Assembly (NCBI GenBank): GCA_964492715.1
Contig: CAZBLK010000015.1
Location: 2,998-66,997, forward strand
Reading direction: 5' to 3'
Length of the DNA: 64,000 nt
Source of the DNA: an uncultured Defluviitaleaceae bacterium
GTDB lineage: Bacteria > Bacillota > Clostridia > Lachnospirales > WRBF01
The notes under the pieces: model-generated
What the model was told of the DNA's origin: nothing
The model's database searches: none
What the model saw: only the letters and a program-made list of their open reading frames with translations
Translations under genes and position numbers: made by a program
In this document: one piece after another, positions 47,404 to 57,175 of the stretch
Position numbering within the stretch: the first letter of the stretch is position 1
How the letters are laid out: each line of letters begins with the position of its first letter

Positions 47404-47913
47404 ATTACCGAGTTATTTTTAAACGAACAAATTCGTGATAAAGAAATTAGGCTTATCGATTCTGACGGAGCTCAGTTGGGTATTGTTTCTTCAAAAGAAG
47501 CGCAAAAACTTGCAGATGAACGCAAGCTCGACTTAGTGAAGATTTCGCCGACAGCAAAGCCGCCAGTATGCAAAATTATGGACTACAGCAAATTTAAGTT
47601 TGACCAACAAAAGCGGGAAAAGGAAGCGCGCAAAAAACAAAAAAATATTGAAATAAAAGAGCTTAGGCTTTCCCCCAACATTGACATACATGACATCGAG
47701 GTTAAACGCAAAAAAGCTGTTGAAATTTTGGAAAAGGGCGATAAGGTAAAGATTACTGTTCGCTTTAGGGGGCGTGAGCTGGGACATACTGATGTAGCAT
47801 ATAAAATGCTTAACGAGTTTGCCGAAAAGGTTTCGGAGCATGGCGTAGTTGAAAAACCACCTAAGATGGAAACAAAAAGCATGGCAATGTTTCTTGCACC
47901 ACGCTCAAGCTAA
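47404..47913 (+). CDS. infC: Translation initiation factor IF-3 (ATT start)
   Basis: AGGAGGT-8 nt-ATT in frame with NEQIRDKEIRLID; PPVCKIMDY, VRFRGRE. Confidence 0.95.
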   Translation: MTELFLNEQIRDKEIRLIDSDGAQLGIVSSKEAQKLADERKLDLVKISPTAKPPVCKIMDYSKFKFDQQKREKEARKKQKNIEIKELRLSPNIDIHDIEVKRKKAVEILEKGDKVKITVRFRGRELGHTDVAYKMLNEFAEKVSEHGVVEKPPKMETKSMAMFLAPRSS

Positions 47914-48020
47914 TTATCATAAACGTTTGGTTTAACCGCTTATTCGTTTATTTAAAATATGCAACACATTTACACATTTGTTTTAAATGTTTGCAACACA
48001 TTTAAAGGAGGACACGCAAA

Positions 48021-48218
48021 ATGCCTAAGTTAAAAACAAGAAAGGCAGCTGCGAAAAGGTTTACAGCAACTGCTTCTGGTAAGGTACGTTATTCAAAAGC
48101 AAATAAGCAACATATTTTGACAAAGAAAAGTCCAAAGCGCAAGCGCAAGCTTCGTGTACGTGGTGTTGTTGATAAAACGAACATGAAGAGCATCAAGCGT
48201 ATGTTGCCTTACATGTAA
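48021..48218 (+). CDS. rpmI: 50S ribosomal protein L35
   Basis: [23 protein letters not shown]. Confidence 0.97.
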   Translation: MPKLKTRKAAAKRFTATASGKVRYSKANKQHILTKKSPKRKRKLRVRGVVDKTNMKSIKRMLPYM

Positions 48219-48246
48219 TTAAATTTATTTATAAGGAGGACTTTAA

Positions 48247-48600
48247 ATGTCAAGAGTTAAAGGCGCATTAAACGCCAGAAAAAAGCATAAAAAAGTTTTA
48301 AAACTTGCTAAGGGCTTCAGAGGCTCAAGAAGCAAGCAATATAGAGTAGCAAAGCAGTCTGTTATGCGTGCAATGGCTCATGCCTTTAGGGGTAGAAAGC
48401 AAGTTAAGCGTGAATACAGACGCCTTTGGATTACAAGAATTAACGCTGCTGCTAGGCTTAACGGCCTTTCTTACAGCAAGCTTATGGACGGCTTGAAAAA
48501 GTCGGGCATTAACATTAACAGAAAGATGCTTGCAGAGCTTGCAGTAAACGACGCAAAAGCTTTTGCTGAACTTGCTGAAAAGGCTAAGGCTGTGAAGTAA
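48247..48600 (+). CDS. rplT: 50S ribosomal protein L20
   Basis: [26 protein letters not shown]. Confidence 0.98.
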   Translation: MSRVKGALNARKKHKKVLKLAKGFRGSRSKQYRVAKQSVMRAMAHAFRGRKQVKREYRRLWITRINAAARLNGLSYSKLMDGLKKSGININRKMLAELAVNDAKAFAELAEKAKAVK

Positions 48601-48627
48601 GTTGTTTGAATTTGATAAAAATAATTT

Positions 48628-48669
48628 TAATAGCCTTCCCTAGTTTGTTTAATTGGGAAGGTTATTTTT
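48628..48669 (+). terminator. Terminator after rplT
   Basis: aatagccttccc/gggaaggttatt stem followed by a T-run. Confidence 0.75.
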
Positions 48670-48671
48670 AA

Positions 48672-48842
48672 ATGTACAAGATTGTTTTAACGTCCACACA
48701 ATCCAAGGAGGAAGCACAACACTTTTACCGTAAATTGGGATACAAAGACTGTGGTTGCTTAATTTTAGAAAAAGAGCCACTGGAAATTTTTTTACAAAAA
48801 ACTTGGGAGATGAACATTAAGTCCACCTCCCTAAACTATTAA
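48672..48842 (+). pseudogene. C-terminal fragment of a GNAT acetyltransferase
   Basis: Manual translation MYKIVLTSTQSKEEAQHFYRKLGYKDCGCLILEKEPLEIF contains the GNAT motif-B A..FY.KLGY; no RBS or N-terminal half. Confidence 0.7.
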
Positions 48843-50491
48843 TCACCTTTATAACTACTCTTTAACCCAACAATTCTATTAAAAACAAGCTCTCCATCTT
48901 TGCTCAACTTACTATCCAAGCAAAAATACCCATTTCTAAGGAACTGGAACCTGTCCTCGACTGTAGCTTCCTTAATCGCCGGCTCAACAACACAGCAATC
49001 CATGTTTACAAGCGAATTAGGGTTTTTAACAAACCCAGCTTCTGCCGTTTCATCATCAATTATTAAGCTTTCCAAAAGCCTAGCTGTTGCCTTTACACCA
49101 TGCTTTGCTGAAACCCAGTGAATTGTACCTTTAACTTTTCTTCCAGTAAAGCCAGAGCCACTTTTTGTTTCAGGGTCGTATGTGCAGCGAATCTCGACAA
49201 TGTTTCCACTTTCGTCCTTTACAACTTCTTCACACTTTACAAAGTATGCGCCCTTTAACCGAACTTCCTTTCCAACTGTAAGGCGGAAAAACTTGCTAGG
49301 AGCATTTTCCATAAAGTCGGTGCGCTCAATGTAAAGCTCCTTTGAAAAAGGAACAAGTCTTTCGCCCATTTCTGGGTTTTCTGGGTTGTTTTCTACAGGA
49401 AGAAGCTCCTCCACGTCGTCTGGATAGTTTGTTATAACAACTTTAATTGGGTCAAGCACAGCCATAACAACTTTTGCCTTTTCCTTTAAATCTTCACGGA
49501 CGCAATGTTCCAAAAATGCAAAGTCTACAACGCTGTTTGCCTTTGACAAGCCAATTCTTTCGCAAAAATCACGAACTGCTTCTGGAGTATAGCCACGGCG
49601 GCGCATTCCAGCAATTGTAATCATTCGTGGGTCGTCCCAGCCGTCAACTTCGCCGTTTTCTACCAATTGGCGAAGGTAACGCTTGCCCATAATTGTGTTT
49701 GTAAGTTGCAACTTTGCAAACTCAATTTGCCTTGGCCTAACTTCAAAATCAAGGTTATTTATTGTCCAGTCATAAAAAGGTCTGTGGTCCTCAAACTCAA
49801 GTGTGCAAATTGAATGTGTAATTTTTTCAATAGCATCTTCAAGAGGGTGCGCAAAGTCGTACATTGGGTAAATGCACCATTTGTCACCTGTGTTGTGGTG
49901 GTGCAGGTGTGCTATACGGTAAATTACAGGGTCACGCATGTTAATGTTTGGCGACGCCATGTCAATTTTTGCACGAAGTGTACGTGTGCCGTCTGTAAAT
50001 TCACCATTTCTCATTCGCTCGAAAAGGTCAAGGTTTTCTTCTACAGAACGGTTTCTGTACGGGCTGTCTTTTCCTGGGGAATTAAGCGTGCCACGGTATT
50101 CACGCATTTGTTCAGCCGACAAGTCGCAAACAAACGCCTTGCCCTTTTTAATAAGCTCAACAGCAAACCCATAAATTTGCTCAAAATAATCTGATGCGTA
50201 ATAAAGCCTGTCTTCCCAGTCAAACCCAAGCCATTTAATGTCGTCAATTATTGAATTAACATACTCGACGTCCTCTTTTGCTGGGTTTGTGTCGTCAAAG
50301 CGCAAATTGCACATTCCACCGTAATGCTTTGCCACACCAAAGTTAAAGCAAATGCTTTTTGCGTGCCCAATGTGTAAATAGCCGTTTGGCTCTGGTGGGA
50401 AGCGTGTGTGAATTTTGTTCAACTCGCCCTTTAAATCCTCATTTATATAACTATGAATAAAATTAGCTGTGTTAGTTAATGCGCTATCCAT
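48839..50491 (-). CDS. glnS: Glutamine--tRNA ligase
   Basis: [41 protein letters not shown]. Confidence 0.96.
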   Translation of the reverse strand: MDSALTNTANFIHSYINEDLKGELNKIHTRFPPEPNGYLHIGHAKSICFNFGVAKHYGGMCNLRFDDTNPAKEDVEYVNSIIDDIKWLGFDWEDRLYYASDYFEQIYGFAVELIKKGKAFVCDLSAEQMREYRGTLNSPGKDSPYRNRSVEENLDLFERMRNGEFTDGTRTLRAKIDMASPNINMRDPVIYRIAHLHHHNTGDKWCIYPMYDFAHPLEDAIEKITHSICTLEFEDHRPFYDWTINNLDFEVRPRQIEFAKLQLTNTIMGKRYLRQLVENGEVDGWDDPRMITIAGMRRRGYTPEAVRDFCERIGLSKANSVVDFAFLEHCVREDLKEKAKVVMAVLDPIKVVITNYPDDVEELLPVENNPENPEMGERLVPFSKELYIERTDFMENAPSKFFRLTVGKEVRLKGAYFVKCEEVVKDESGNIVEIRCTYDPETKSGSGFTGRKVKGTIHWVSAKHGVKATARLLESLIIDDETAEAGFVKNPNSLVNMDCCVVEPAIKEATVEDRFQFLRNGYFCLDSKLSKDGELVFNRIVGLKSSYKGD

Positions 50492-50517
50492 ACTAAAACT
50501 CCCTTTTTATATTAAGT

Positions 50518-50748
50518 CTAAAAGCTTTTGCTATCAAAATCTTCATGGTAAAAAACTGTATTGCAATGCTCACAATGCCCAAACTTTACAATTTTGTCAG
50601 AGTTGTCTGTTTTTAGGGTATACTGAAGCTTTACCTTTACATTTTCGCCCTGTCGCTGGCAAAAGTGGTTTTCAAAGTAATAATTTTTAGAGTTTTCAAA
50701 CGATTCAGCTTGTAACAGTATTTGCTTAATTTGGCTTAATTGCTCCAT
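50518..50748 (-). CDS. Small hypothetical protein, possible Zn-binding
   Basis: GGAGG RBS; HFC..CEHC; ends 26 bp upstream of glnS. Confidence 0.65.
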   Translation of the reverse strand: MEQLSQIKQILLQAESFENSKNYYFENHFCQRQGENVKVKLQYTLKTDNSDKIVKFGHCEHCNTVFYHEDFDSKSF

Positions 50749-50764
50749 AGTATCCCTCCATTTC

Positions 50765-50930
50765 TAGGGTCTGTTTTAAAAATAGCTTTTAGTGGATTTT
50801 TGAGAAAATTTTTTGAAGTGCGAGGAAGCGAAAACCGCACGTGCCCAAAGGTACGTAAGGTTTTTGCTGACGAAGCAATTCGGAAAATTTACCGAAAAGA
50901 CGCTAAAATGGATTTTTAAAACAGCCCCTA
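50765..50930. mobile_element. MITE (166 bp) with 19-bp terminal inverted repeats
   Basis: tagggtctgttttaaaaat / atttttaaaacagccccta, 18/19 match; further internal imperfect palindromy. Confidence 0.75.
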
Positions 50931-50990
50931 CAAAACCAATACTATATTTATACAGCATTTTGCAAAAATTATCAAGCCTTAATTGGCAAT

Positions 50991-51034
50991 AAAAAAGCAA
51001 TACCAAATTCTTAAATGAATAAGGTATTGCTTTA
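50991..51034 (-). terminator. Terminator downstream of the EF-G paralog
   Basis: aaagcaatacc/ggtattgcttt stem with an A-run on its left. Confidence 0.7.
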
Positions 51035-51151
51035 TGTTAACGTTATGTTTTAAGTGTCTTCTGCTTTAGTTCTGACAATCCAATGGTATTAAGCACAGCA
51101 ATTTATACAGCAGTCACTACAGCTTGCTTTTCTTCGCTTATATGCTTAAAC

Positions 51152-53242
51152 TTATTTGCCTTCCTTCTCCAGTTCCTTCTTGCGTGCCTCAATAACCTTG
51201 TTTTGCACGTCGTTAGGCGCTTCATCATACCTTTCAAACTTGTATGTAAAGCTTCCCCTACCCTGCGTCATCGAGCGCAAATCTGTAGCATATTTAAACA
51301 TTTCAGCCAAAGGAACTTCGGCAGAAATAACTTGTTTGGTTCCAACCTTATCCATTCCCAAAATGCGCCCACGCCTTTTGTTCATGTCGCCCATAATGTC
51401 ACCAGTGTAGTCATCTGGAACAGTGACAGCAACTTTAGCAATTGGCTCTAAAATTGCAGGCTTAGCCTTTGTAAATGCCTCTTTAAAAGCTTGTGTAGCC
51501 GCCATTTTAAACGCCATTTCCGACGAGTCAACAGGGTGGTACGAGCCGTCAACAAGAATTGTCTTTATACCAACAACTGGGTAGCCGGCAAGAGGGCCAG
51601 CTTTACAGCACTCTTGAACGCCCTTTTCAACCGCTGGGAAGTATTGACGTGGAACAGAACCGCCAAATATTTTTTCTTCAAATACGTAAGGAACAGACAT
51701 ATCACCAGAAGGCTCAAATTCCATATGTACGTCGCCATACTGCCCGTGACCACCAGATTGCTTTTTGTATTTTCCTTGAACTCTAACTTTTGCCTTAATC
51801 ATTTCACGGTAAGGTACAATTGGCGAAACAAGCTCGACATCAAGCTTATAACGTGATTTAAGCTTGTTCACAAGCACATCAAGCTGGTTGTCGCCAACGC
51901 CAGAAATTACCGACTGTTTAGTTTCGGCGTTAACTTCAAATTTCAAAGTTTTGTCTTCTTCCAACAGTTTAGAAATTGCTTGGCTAATTTTATCCTCGTC
52001 ACCCTTGCCCTTAGCAATTATAGCCATAGACATAAGTGACTCTGGGAAGTTTATTCCGCCAAACTCAACCGGCTTTTCCTTTGCACAAAGAGTATCACCT
52101 GTTGCAACACTTTGAAGCTTAGCAATTGCGCCAATGTCGCCTGCTTTAAGCTCTGTTACTTCAATTTGCTCTTTGCCACGTAAAACATACAAATGCCCAG
52201 CCTTTTCAACAAAGTCTTGGCGTGGGTTATATAAAGGCGTATCCTTTTTTAAAACGCCTGAATTTACACGGAAAATGCTTAACCTACCAACATAAGGGTC
52301 AGCAATTGTTTTAAAAATGAAAACAGAAGGTGACTCAGCTTCATTGCACTTAACTTCAATTTCGTTGCCGTTCTTTAAGTCTTTAGCTTTTTTCGCTTCG
52401 TGCATAACATCAGTTGACGGCAAGTAGTTTACAATTGTGTCCATTGCGCCACGTACACCAATGTTCATTGTTGCAGCGCCGCAAACAACAGGCGAAACTT
52501 CGCAAGCAAACATACCCTTTTTTATACCCTCTTTAATTTCGTCAACGCTGAAACGCTCATCGTTAAAAAACTTTTCCATAAGAGCGTCATCAGTTTCTGC
52601 AACGGCTTCTTCTATCATAATACGCATGTCAGCAACAGCGTCAGTTAAGTCCGCAGGGACGTCACAGTTTTCAGTCTTGCCGCCTACATATTTTCTGCCT
52701 TCGTTCTTAATTACATTAACAAAACCATTAAACTTTCCGTTTTCCTTAAAAGGAATTTGCATTGGAGCAATGCTCTTTCCAAATTTTGCTTTAAGCTCGT
52801 CTACTACTTTGTTGAAGTCTGCGTTTTCGTCGTCCATTTCGTTTACAAAAAACATTTTTGGAATACCCATTTCTTCGGCATATTCCCACGCTTTTTCCGT
52901 TCCAACTTCAACGCCAGACTTTGCAGAAACAACAATGAGTGCTAAATCAGCCGCACAAAGTGCTTGCTTAACTTCGCCTACAAAGTCAAAATAGCCTGGT
53001 GTGTCAATAAAGTTTATTTTATTGTTAAGCCACTCTATAGGAACAATTGATGCACCGATAGAAACTTTTCTTCTTATTTCTTCTGAATCATAATCGCTTA
53101 CGGTGTTGCCGTCCTCAACCCTGCCTTGACGGCTTGTTACGCCAGCACTAAAAAGAGCAGCTTCAACAATTGTTGTTTTACCGCACCCACTGTGTCCCAA
53201 AATTGCAACGTTGCGAATTTCATTAGCCGAATAGCATTTCAT
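51152..53242 (-). CDS. Elongation factor G paralog (EF-G2-like)
   Basis: GHSGCGKTT, DTPGYFDF, KKQSGGHGQYG, DGSYHPVDSSEMAF, LRSMTQGRG; outside an rpsL-rpsG operon. Confidence 0.93.
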   Translation of the reverse strand: MKCYSANEIRNVAILGHSGCGKTTIVEAALFSAGVTSRQGRVEDGNTVSDYDSEEIRRKVSIGASIVPIEWLNNKINFIDTPGYFDFVGEVKQALCAADLALIVVSAKSGVEVGTEKAWEYAEEMGIPKMFFVNEMDDENADFNKVVDELKAKFGKSIAPMQIPFKENGKFNGFVNVIKNEGRKYVGGKTENCDVPADLTDAVADMRIMIEEAVAETDDALMEKFFNDERFSVDEIKEGIKKGMFACEVSPVVCGAATMNIGVRGAMDTIVNYLPSTDVMHEAKKAKDLKNGNEIEVKCNEAESPSVFIFKTIADPYVGRLSIFRVNSGVLKKDTPLYNPRQDFVEKAGHLYVLRGKEQIEVTELKAGDIGAIAKLQSVATGDTLCAKEKPVEFGGINFPESLMSMAIIAKGKGDEDKISQAISKLLEEDKTLKFEVNAETKQSVISGVGDNQLDVLVNKLKSRYKLDVELVSPIVPYREMIKAKVRVQGKYKKQSGGHGQYGDVHMEFEPSGDMSVPYVFEEKIFGGSVPRQYFPAVEKGVQECCKAGPLAGYPVVGIKTILVDGSYHPVDSSEMAFKMAATQAFKEAFTKAKPAILEPIAKVAVTVPDDYTGDIMGDMNKRRGRILGMDKVGTKQVISAEVPLAEMFKYATDLRSMTQGRGSFTYKFERYDEAPNDVQNKVIEARKKELEKEGK

Positions 53243-53568
53243 TGTTTTGCCTCCTCAACTTTTTAAAATAGTGCGGCTGTAATTACAGCGGCACGAAATT
53301 GTTTGGTTTGAACTTATATAAGCAAATTATTTCACAGAGACTAGGAAAGTGAAATAAGTCAACTTCACAATTACTCTTATTATACAATTCTCCTTATAAG
53401 CATATTTCCCTTTTTTTATTTTGTAAAAGAAATTATTTTGTAAAACTTTCACAAAAAGTAAATTATTAATTGTTTACTATGACTGATAAATTTTTAACAA
53501 TTTTATTGACTACCAGTTTAATGTATAATATAATTGTAATGTTGTTTATCAAAAAGGGGCATTGAAAT

Positions 53569-54867
53569 ATGAATGTTAAAGTAAAAAAAGCGCAAAGTGG
53601 ACTGCACGGAAAGTTTGAACTAATAGGAGACAAGTCCATAACGCATCGTGCCCTTATGATTGGTGCAATAGCAAACGGCATAACCGAAATTTCGGGCTTT
53701 TCAACTGGCGACGACTGCATTTCCACAATAAATTGTTTGAGACAGCTTGGTGTAAACGTTGAAATATCTAATGGCATTGCAAAAGTTTTTGGCAAAGGGT
53801 TAAATGGTTTTCAAAAGCCTAATGGTGTGCTTAACGTTGGAAACAGTGGCACGACTATAAGGCTTTTAAGCGGAATTTTGGCAAATCAGGCACAAGCTTT
53901 TTCATGCGAAATTACAGGTGACGAGTCAATTTGTAAACGCCCTATGGAAAGAATTATTACACCTCTTTCGCTAATGGGTGCTAAAATAAGTGGTACAAAC
54001 GGCAAAGCGCCAATTACTATAGTCGGAAGCAAGCTTTCTGGAATTAACTACACCCTTCCCATTCCGTCCGCACAAGTTAAGTCGGCCATTCTTTTTGCTG
54101 CGCTAAATGCAGACGGTGCAACCACAATTGTTGAGCCAGTTGCTTCACGTGACCACACAGAAATTATGTTAAACCTTTTTGGAGCTGACATAAAAAAAGA
54201 AGGGCACAAAATTTTATGTAACCCGAAAAAGTCACTTTCTGCAAGGAAAATTTCAATTCCTGCCGACATTTCAGCGGCGGCGTTTTTTATAGTTGCAGCA
54301 TTAATTGTGCCAAACTCACATATTTATATGGAAAATGTTTTGCTGAACGAAACACGAGCAAAAATAATTGATGTTCTAACAGAAGCTGGGGGATACATTA
54401 AAATACATGACAAAAAAATTGTTTGTGGGGAGCTTGTGGGAAACATTGAGGTATGTTCCTCACGGCTTTCTAAAATGGAAATTGGCGGTGACATAATTCC
54501 AAAGTTAATTGATGAAATACCAGTTCTAGCTGTAGCTGCCGCTTTTGCTGACGGCACGACAACTATAAAAGATGCAGATGAGTTGAGGAAGAAAGAATCA
54601 AACCGAATTTCAGCAATTGCTACCGAGCTTCAAAAAATGGGTATTGATATAAATGAAACAGAAGACGGACTTACTATAAAAGGCAACCACGATAAGCCGA
54701 TAAAAGGCGCAGTTGTAAATTCTCACAACGACCATAGAATAGCAATGAGCCTAGCTATTGCTTCACTATTGGCTGACGGCGAAACAGTAATTCAAGGCGC
54801 AGAGTGTGTAGACATTTCGTTCCCAAACTTTTTTAGACTAATAAAAAACAATGGGCTGACACAATAG
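53569..54867 (+). CDS. aroA: 3-phosphoshikimate 1-carboxyvinyltransferase (class II EPSPS)
   Basis: DKSITHR, GNSGTTIRL, SAQVKSA, RDHTE, KESNRI, NDHRIAM. Confidence 0.96.
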   Translation: MNVKVKKAQSGLHGKFELIGDKSITHRALMIGAIANGITEISGFSTGDDCISTINCLRQLGVNVEISNGIAKVFGKGLNGFQKPNGVLNVGNSGTTIRLLSGILANQAQAFSCEITGDESICKRPMERIITPLSLMGAKISGTNGKAPITIVGSKLSGINYTLPIPSAQVKSAILFAALNADGATTIVEPVASRDHTEIMLNLFGADIKKEGHKILCNPKKSLSARKISIPADISAAAFFIVAALIVPNSHIYMENVLLNETRAKIIDVLTEAGGYIKIHDKKIVCGELVGNIEVCSSRLSKMEIGGDIIPKLIDEIPVLAVAAAFADGTTTIKDADELRKKESNRISAIATELQKMGIDINETEDGLTIKGNHDKPIKGAVVNSHNDHRIAMSLAIASLLADGETVIQGAECVDISFPNFFRLIKNNGLTQ

Positions 54868-54885
54868 TTGTAATCAGCCCATCGT

Positions 54886-55905
54886 TTAATAAATAACTTG
54901 TTCGATAAATAGAGTTTTATCTCTAGTAAGGTCAAAAAGCAAGCAATCTTCACGCTTTGGCATAGAAAGCCTAACTACTGGGCGTGAAGGCATACTAGTT
55001 TGTGAAGTGACGACAGCGTTGTAACCGTTGCTTAAAAGAACAGTTGCACCGCTTGGGTAAATAGCAACAGAATTGTTAAAATGCTTAACCATAACAGGGT
55101 CTAAAACAGAGCCTGAAACAGCATTTACATATTCATATGCTTCATGTTCTCTCATAGGCTTTTGCCCAGCAAACCCATTTACAAGGTTGTCGTATGTGTC
55201 TGCAACTGCAATCATTCTTGCGCCTACAAAAATTTTGTCAAGCATAAGCCTGCTTGGGTGGCCACTTCCATCAAACCGTTCGTGGTGCTGGTAGCAGCTT
55301 ATATAAGTTTTAGTAGAAATATTAGGCACAGACTTTAAAAACTTATACACCTTTTCGCAATGGTCATAGTCTTTTGCGTCGTCCTTCATGTCGTTTAAGA
55401 ACAAGTCGTGAAGCAACGCAGCAGTAATAAGTTCTTTTATTACAGTGCCAGAGTTTTCTTGGTCGTAATAATAGTTTGTTGCAATAGCAGCCACAATTGT
55501 GGCAACATTTACAGCATGGTGACACCTAGCATCTTTTATCGCAAACATATTTATAATATTAAGTGGCTCTTTTAAATTAAGCCCAATTTCATCAACTATA
55601 TTGTCAACAGATTTCATAATAGCAATGCTGTTTATGGGTTTATTTTTTGCAATAGCAGCATAGGCATTATTAATTGCTTCAAGAACACTACGCTTAGTAT
55701 CATCAGAAAGTGAAGGCTTAACAACAACGTCTTCAAAATAGTCGTCTTGAATATAAAGCATGTTTATGCCAATATTTTTAAGCCGCTCTATGTATGAACC
55801 TGTAATTACAGTGTTTGCAGGCAAAAGCACTGCACCGTCCTGATTAAAAACTGTCATACTCAGTTTTTCATTTGGTTTAATGTTGTTAATTCCAATAAGC
55901 CTCAT
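54886..55905 (-). CDS. HD-GYP domain protein (HD-GHP variant)
   Basis: ALLHD, HHERFDGSGHP, VADTYD; start at ATG 55905. Confidence 0.85.
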   Translation of the reverse strand: MRLIGINNIKPNEKLSMTVFNQDGAVLLPANTVITGSYIERLKNIGINMLYIQDDYFEDVVVKPSLSDDTKRSVLEAINNAYAAIAKNKPINSIAIMKSVDNIVDEIGLNLKEPLNIINMFAIKDARCHHAVNVATIVAAIATNYYYDQENSGTVIKELITAALLHDLFLNDMKDDAKDYDHCEKVYKFLKSVPNISTKTYISCYQHHERFDGSGHPSRLMLDKIFVGARMIAVADTYDNLVNGFAGQKPMREHEAYEYVNAVSGSVLDPVMVKHFNNSVAIYPSGATVLLSNGYNAVVTSQTSMPSRPVVRLSMPKREDCLLFDLTRDKTLFIEQVIY

Positions 55906-56192
55906 AAAAATTCCCCCAAACCGCAGCTTGAATTTCATCAAAATGCAAGTTTTATTTAAAAACAATTTGAGTTTTATGCCTTTAATAGCATAAACAAACC
56001 AAAAACTATATATAAAACATCAATAAACTTTAGTATCCCTAAACTAGTTAAAAAGAATACACTATGCCATAATTCTGTCACAAATCAATTAACTTATTTT
56101 AACCCAAAATTTTCTTTCATGCAATACTTTTTAAAAAATACTTTTGTTTTATTGTAACCAAAATTGCTGAAACTTAATGAACATTATTTATG

Positions 56193-56247
56193 AAAAAACC
56201 TTTTTATGTGAAAGTGAGTTAGACATTATTCACACAAAAAGGTTTTT
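56193..56247 (-). terminator. Terminator after secF
   Basis: aaaaacctttttatgtgaa/ttcacacaaaaaggttttt stem. Confidence 0.65.
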
Positions 56248-56296
56248 AAAGTCGGTTAATTAAAAAGTCAGTTAATTAGAAAGTTAATAAAAGAAA

Positions 56297-57175
56297 CTAT
56301 CTAGCTTTCTTCTCACTAAGCATAAACCACGTAGAGCCAGCCAAGCATACAGAAGAATACGTTCCGCAAATGATACCAATTATTATTGGAAGCGCAAAGT
56401 CACGGATAGAGCTTACACCCATAATATAAAGTGCAGAAATTGTAATAAGCGTAGTTAGCGAAGTGTAAATTGAACGTGTTAAAGTTTGCTTTACACTAAT
56501 GTTAATAAGCTCGGCATTGTCACGCTTTCTTGCAATACGCTTGTTTTCACGCACTCTGTCAAAAACAACGATTGTAGCGTTTATGGAATAACCCAAAACT
56601 GTAAGTATGGCAGCAATAAACGCATTGTTTACAGGAATACGTAAAATTGCGTAAGCTGCAATTACAATTAAGCCGTCATGCACAAGTGCAATAATTGCAC
56701 TTCCGCCTGTACGTAAATCTCTAAACCTTAAAGAAACATACAAAAGAATAGCAACCGATGCAACAACAAACGCAAGCACAGCCGACTTTTGCATTTCAGA
56801 GCTAACAGTGGGGCTTATATCTCTAATTTCGCCGCCAGCAACTTGTTCACCGTACTTAGCCTTAAAAGCATCAATAAGCTTAATTCTTGTTTCTTGGTCG
56901 ATGTTTTTAATTTTAATGCTAACTTCGTTAGTCCCAACAATTTTTTGAATTTGTGCAGAAGTAAGCTCGGTGTTTTCCTTAATAATTTGAAGAATATCGT
57001 CATTACTAAATTCAGTTCCAACATCAAAGTTAATTGCAGTGCCACCTGTGAAGTCAACGTCAAGGTTAAACGCACCATTTCCAGAAGAAGCGTTTATAGC
57101 CATAAAAACTAAGCCAGTAGCAATTATTAAAAGCGAAAAAACTATATATTTAATTCTGTTTTCAACAATTCTCAT
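56297..57175 (-). CDS. secF: Protein translocase subunit SecF
   Basis: DFTGG, ALVHD, GYSINATIVVFDRVRE, GTYSS. Confidence 0.95.
   Translation of the reverse strand: MRIVENRIKYIVFSLLIIATGLVFMAINASSGNGAFNLDVDFTGGTAINFDVGTEFSNDDILQIIKENTELTSAQIQKIVGTNEVSIKIKNIDQETRIKLIDAFKAKYGEQVAGGEIRDISPTVSSEMQKSAVLAFVVASVAILLYVSLRFRDLRTGGSAIIALVHDGLIVIAAYAILRIPVNNAFIAAILTVLGYSINATIVVFDRVRENKRIARKRDNAELINISVKQTLTRSIYTSLTTLITISALYIMGVSSIRDFALPIIIGIICGTYSSVCLAGSTWFMLSEKKAR

Noticed and set aside
50776-51006. 76-aa minus-strand ORF
   Set aside because: Runs across the MITE and promoter region; no RBS.
51035-51150. Small RNA or gene relic between the EF-G paralog stop and its terminator
   Set aside because: Weak pairing only, and the translation has an internal stop with no identifiable family.
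56247-56295. Degenerate ~16-bp tandem repeat (aaagtcggttaatta) after secF
   Set aside because: Two to three decayed AT-rich copies; probably slippage.
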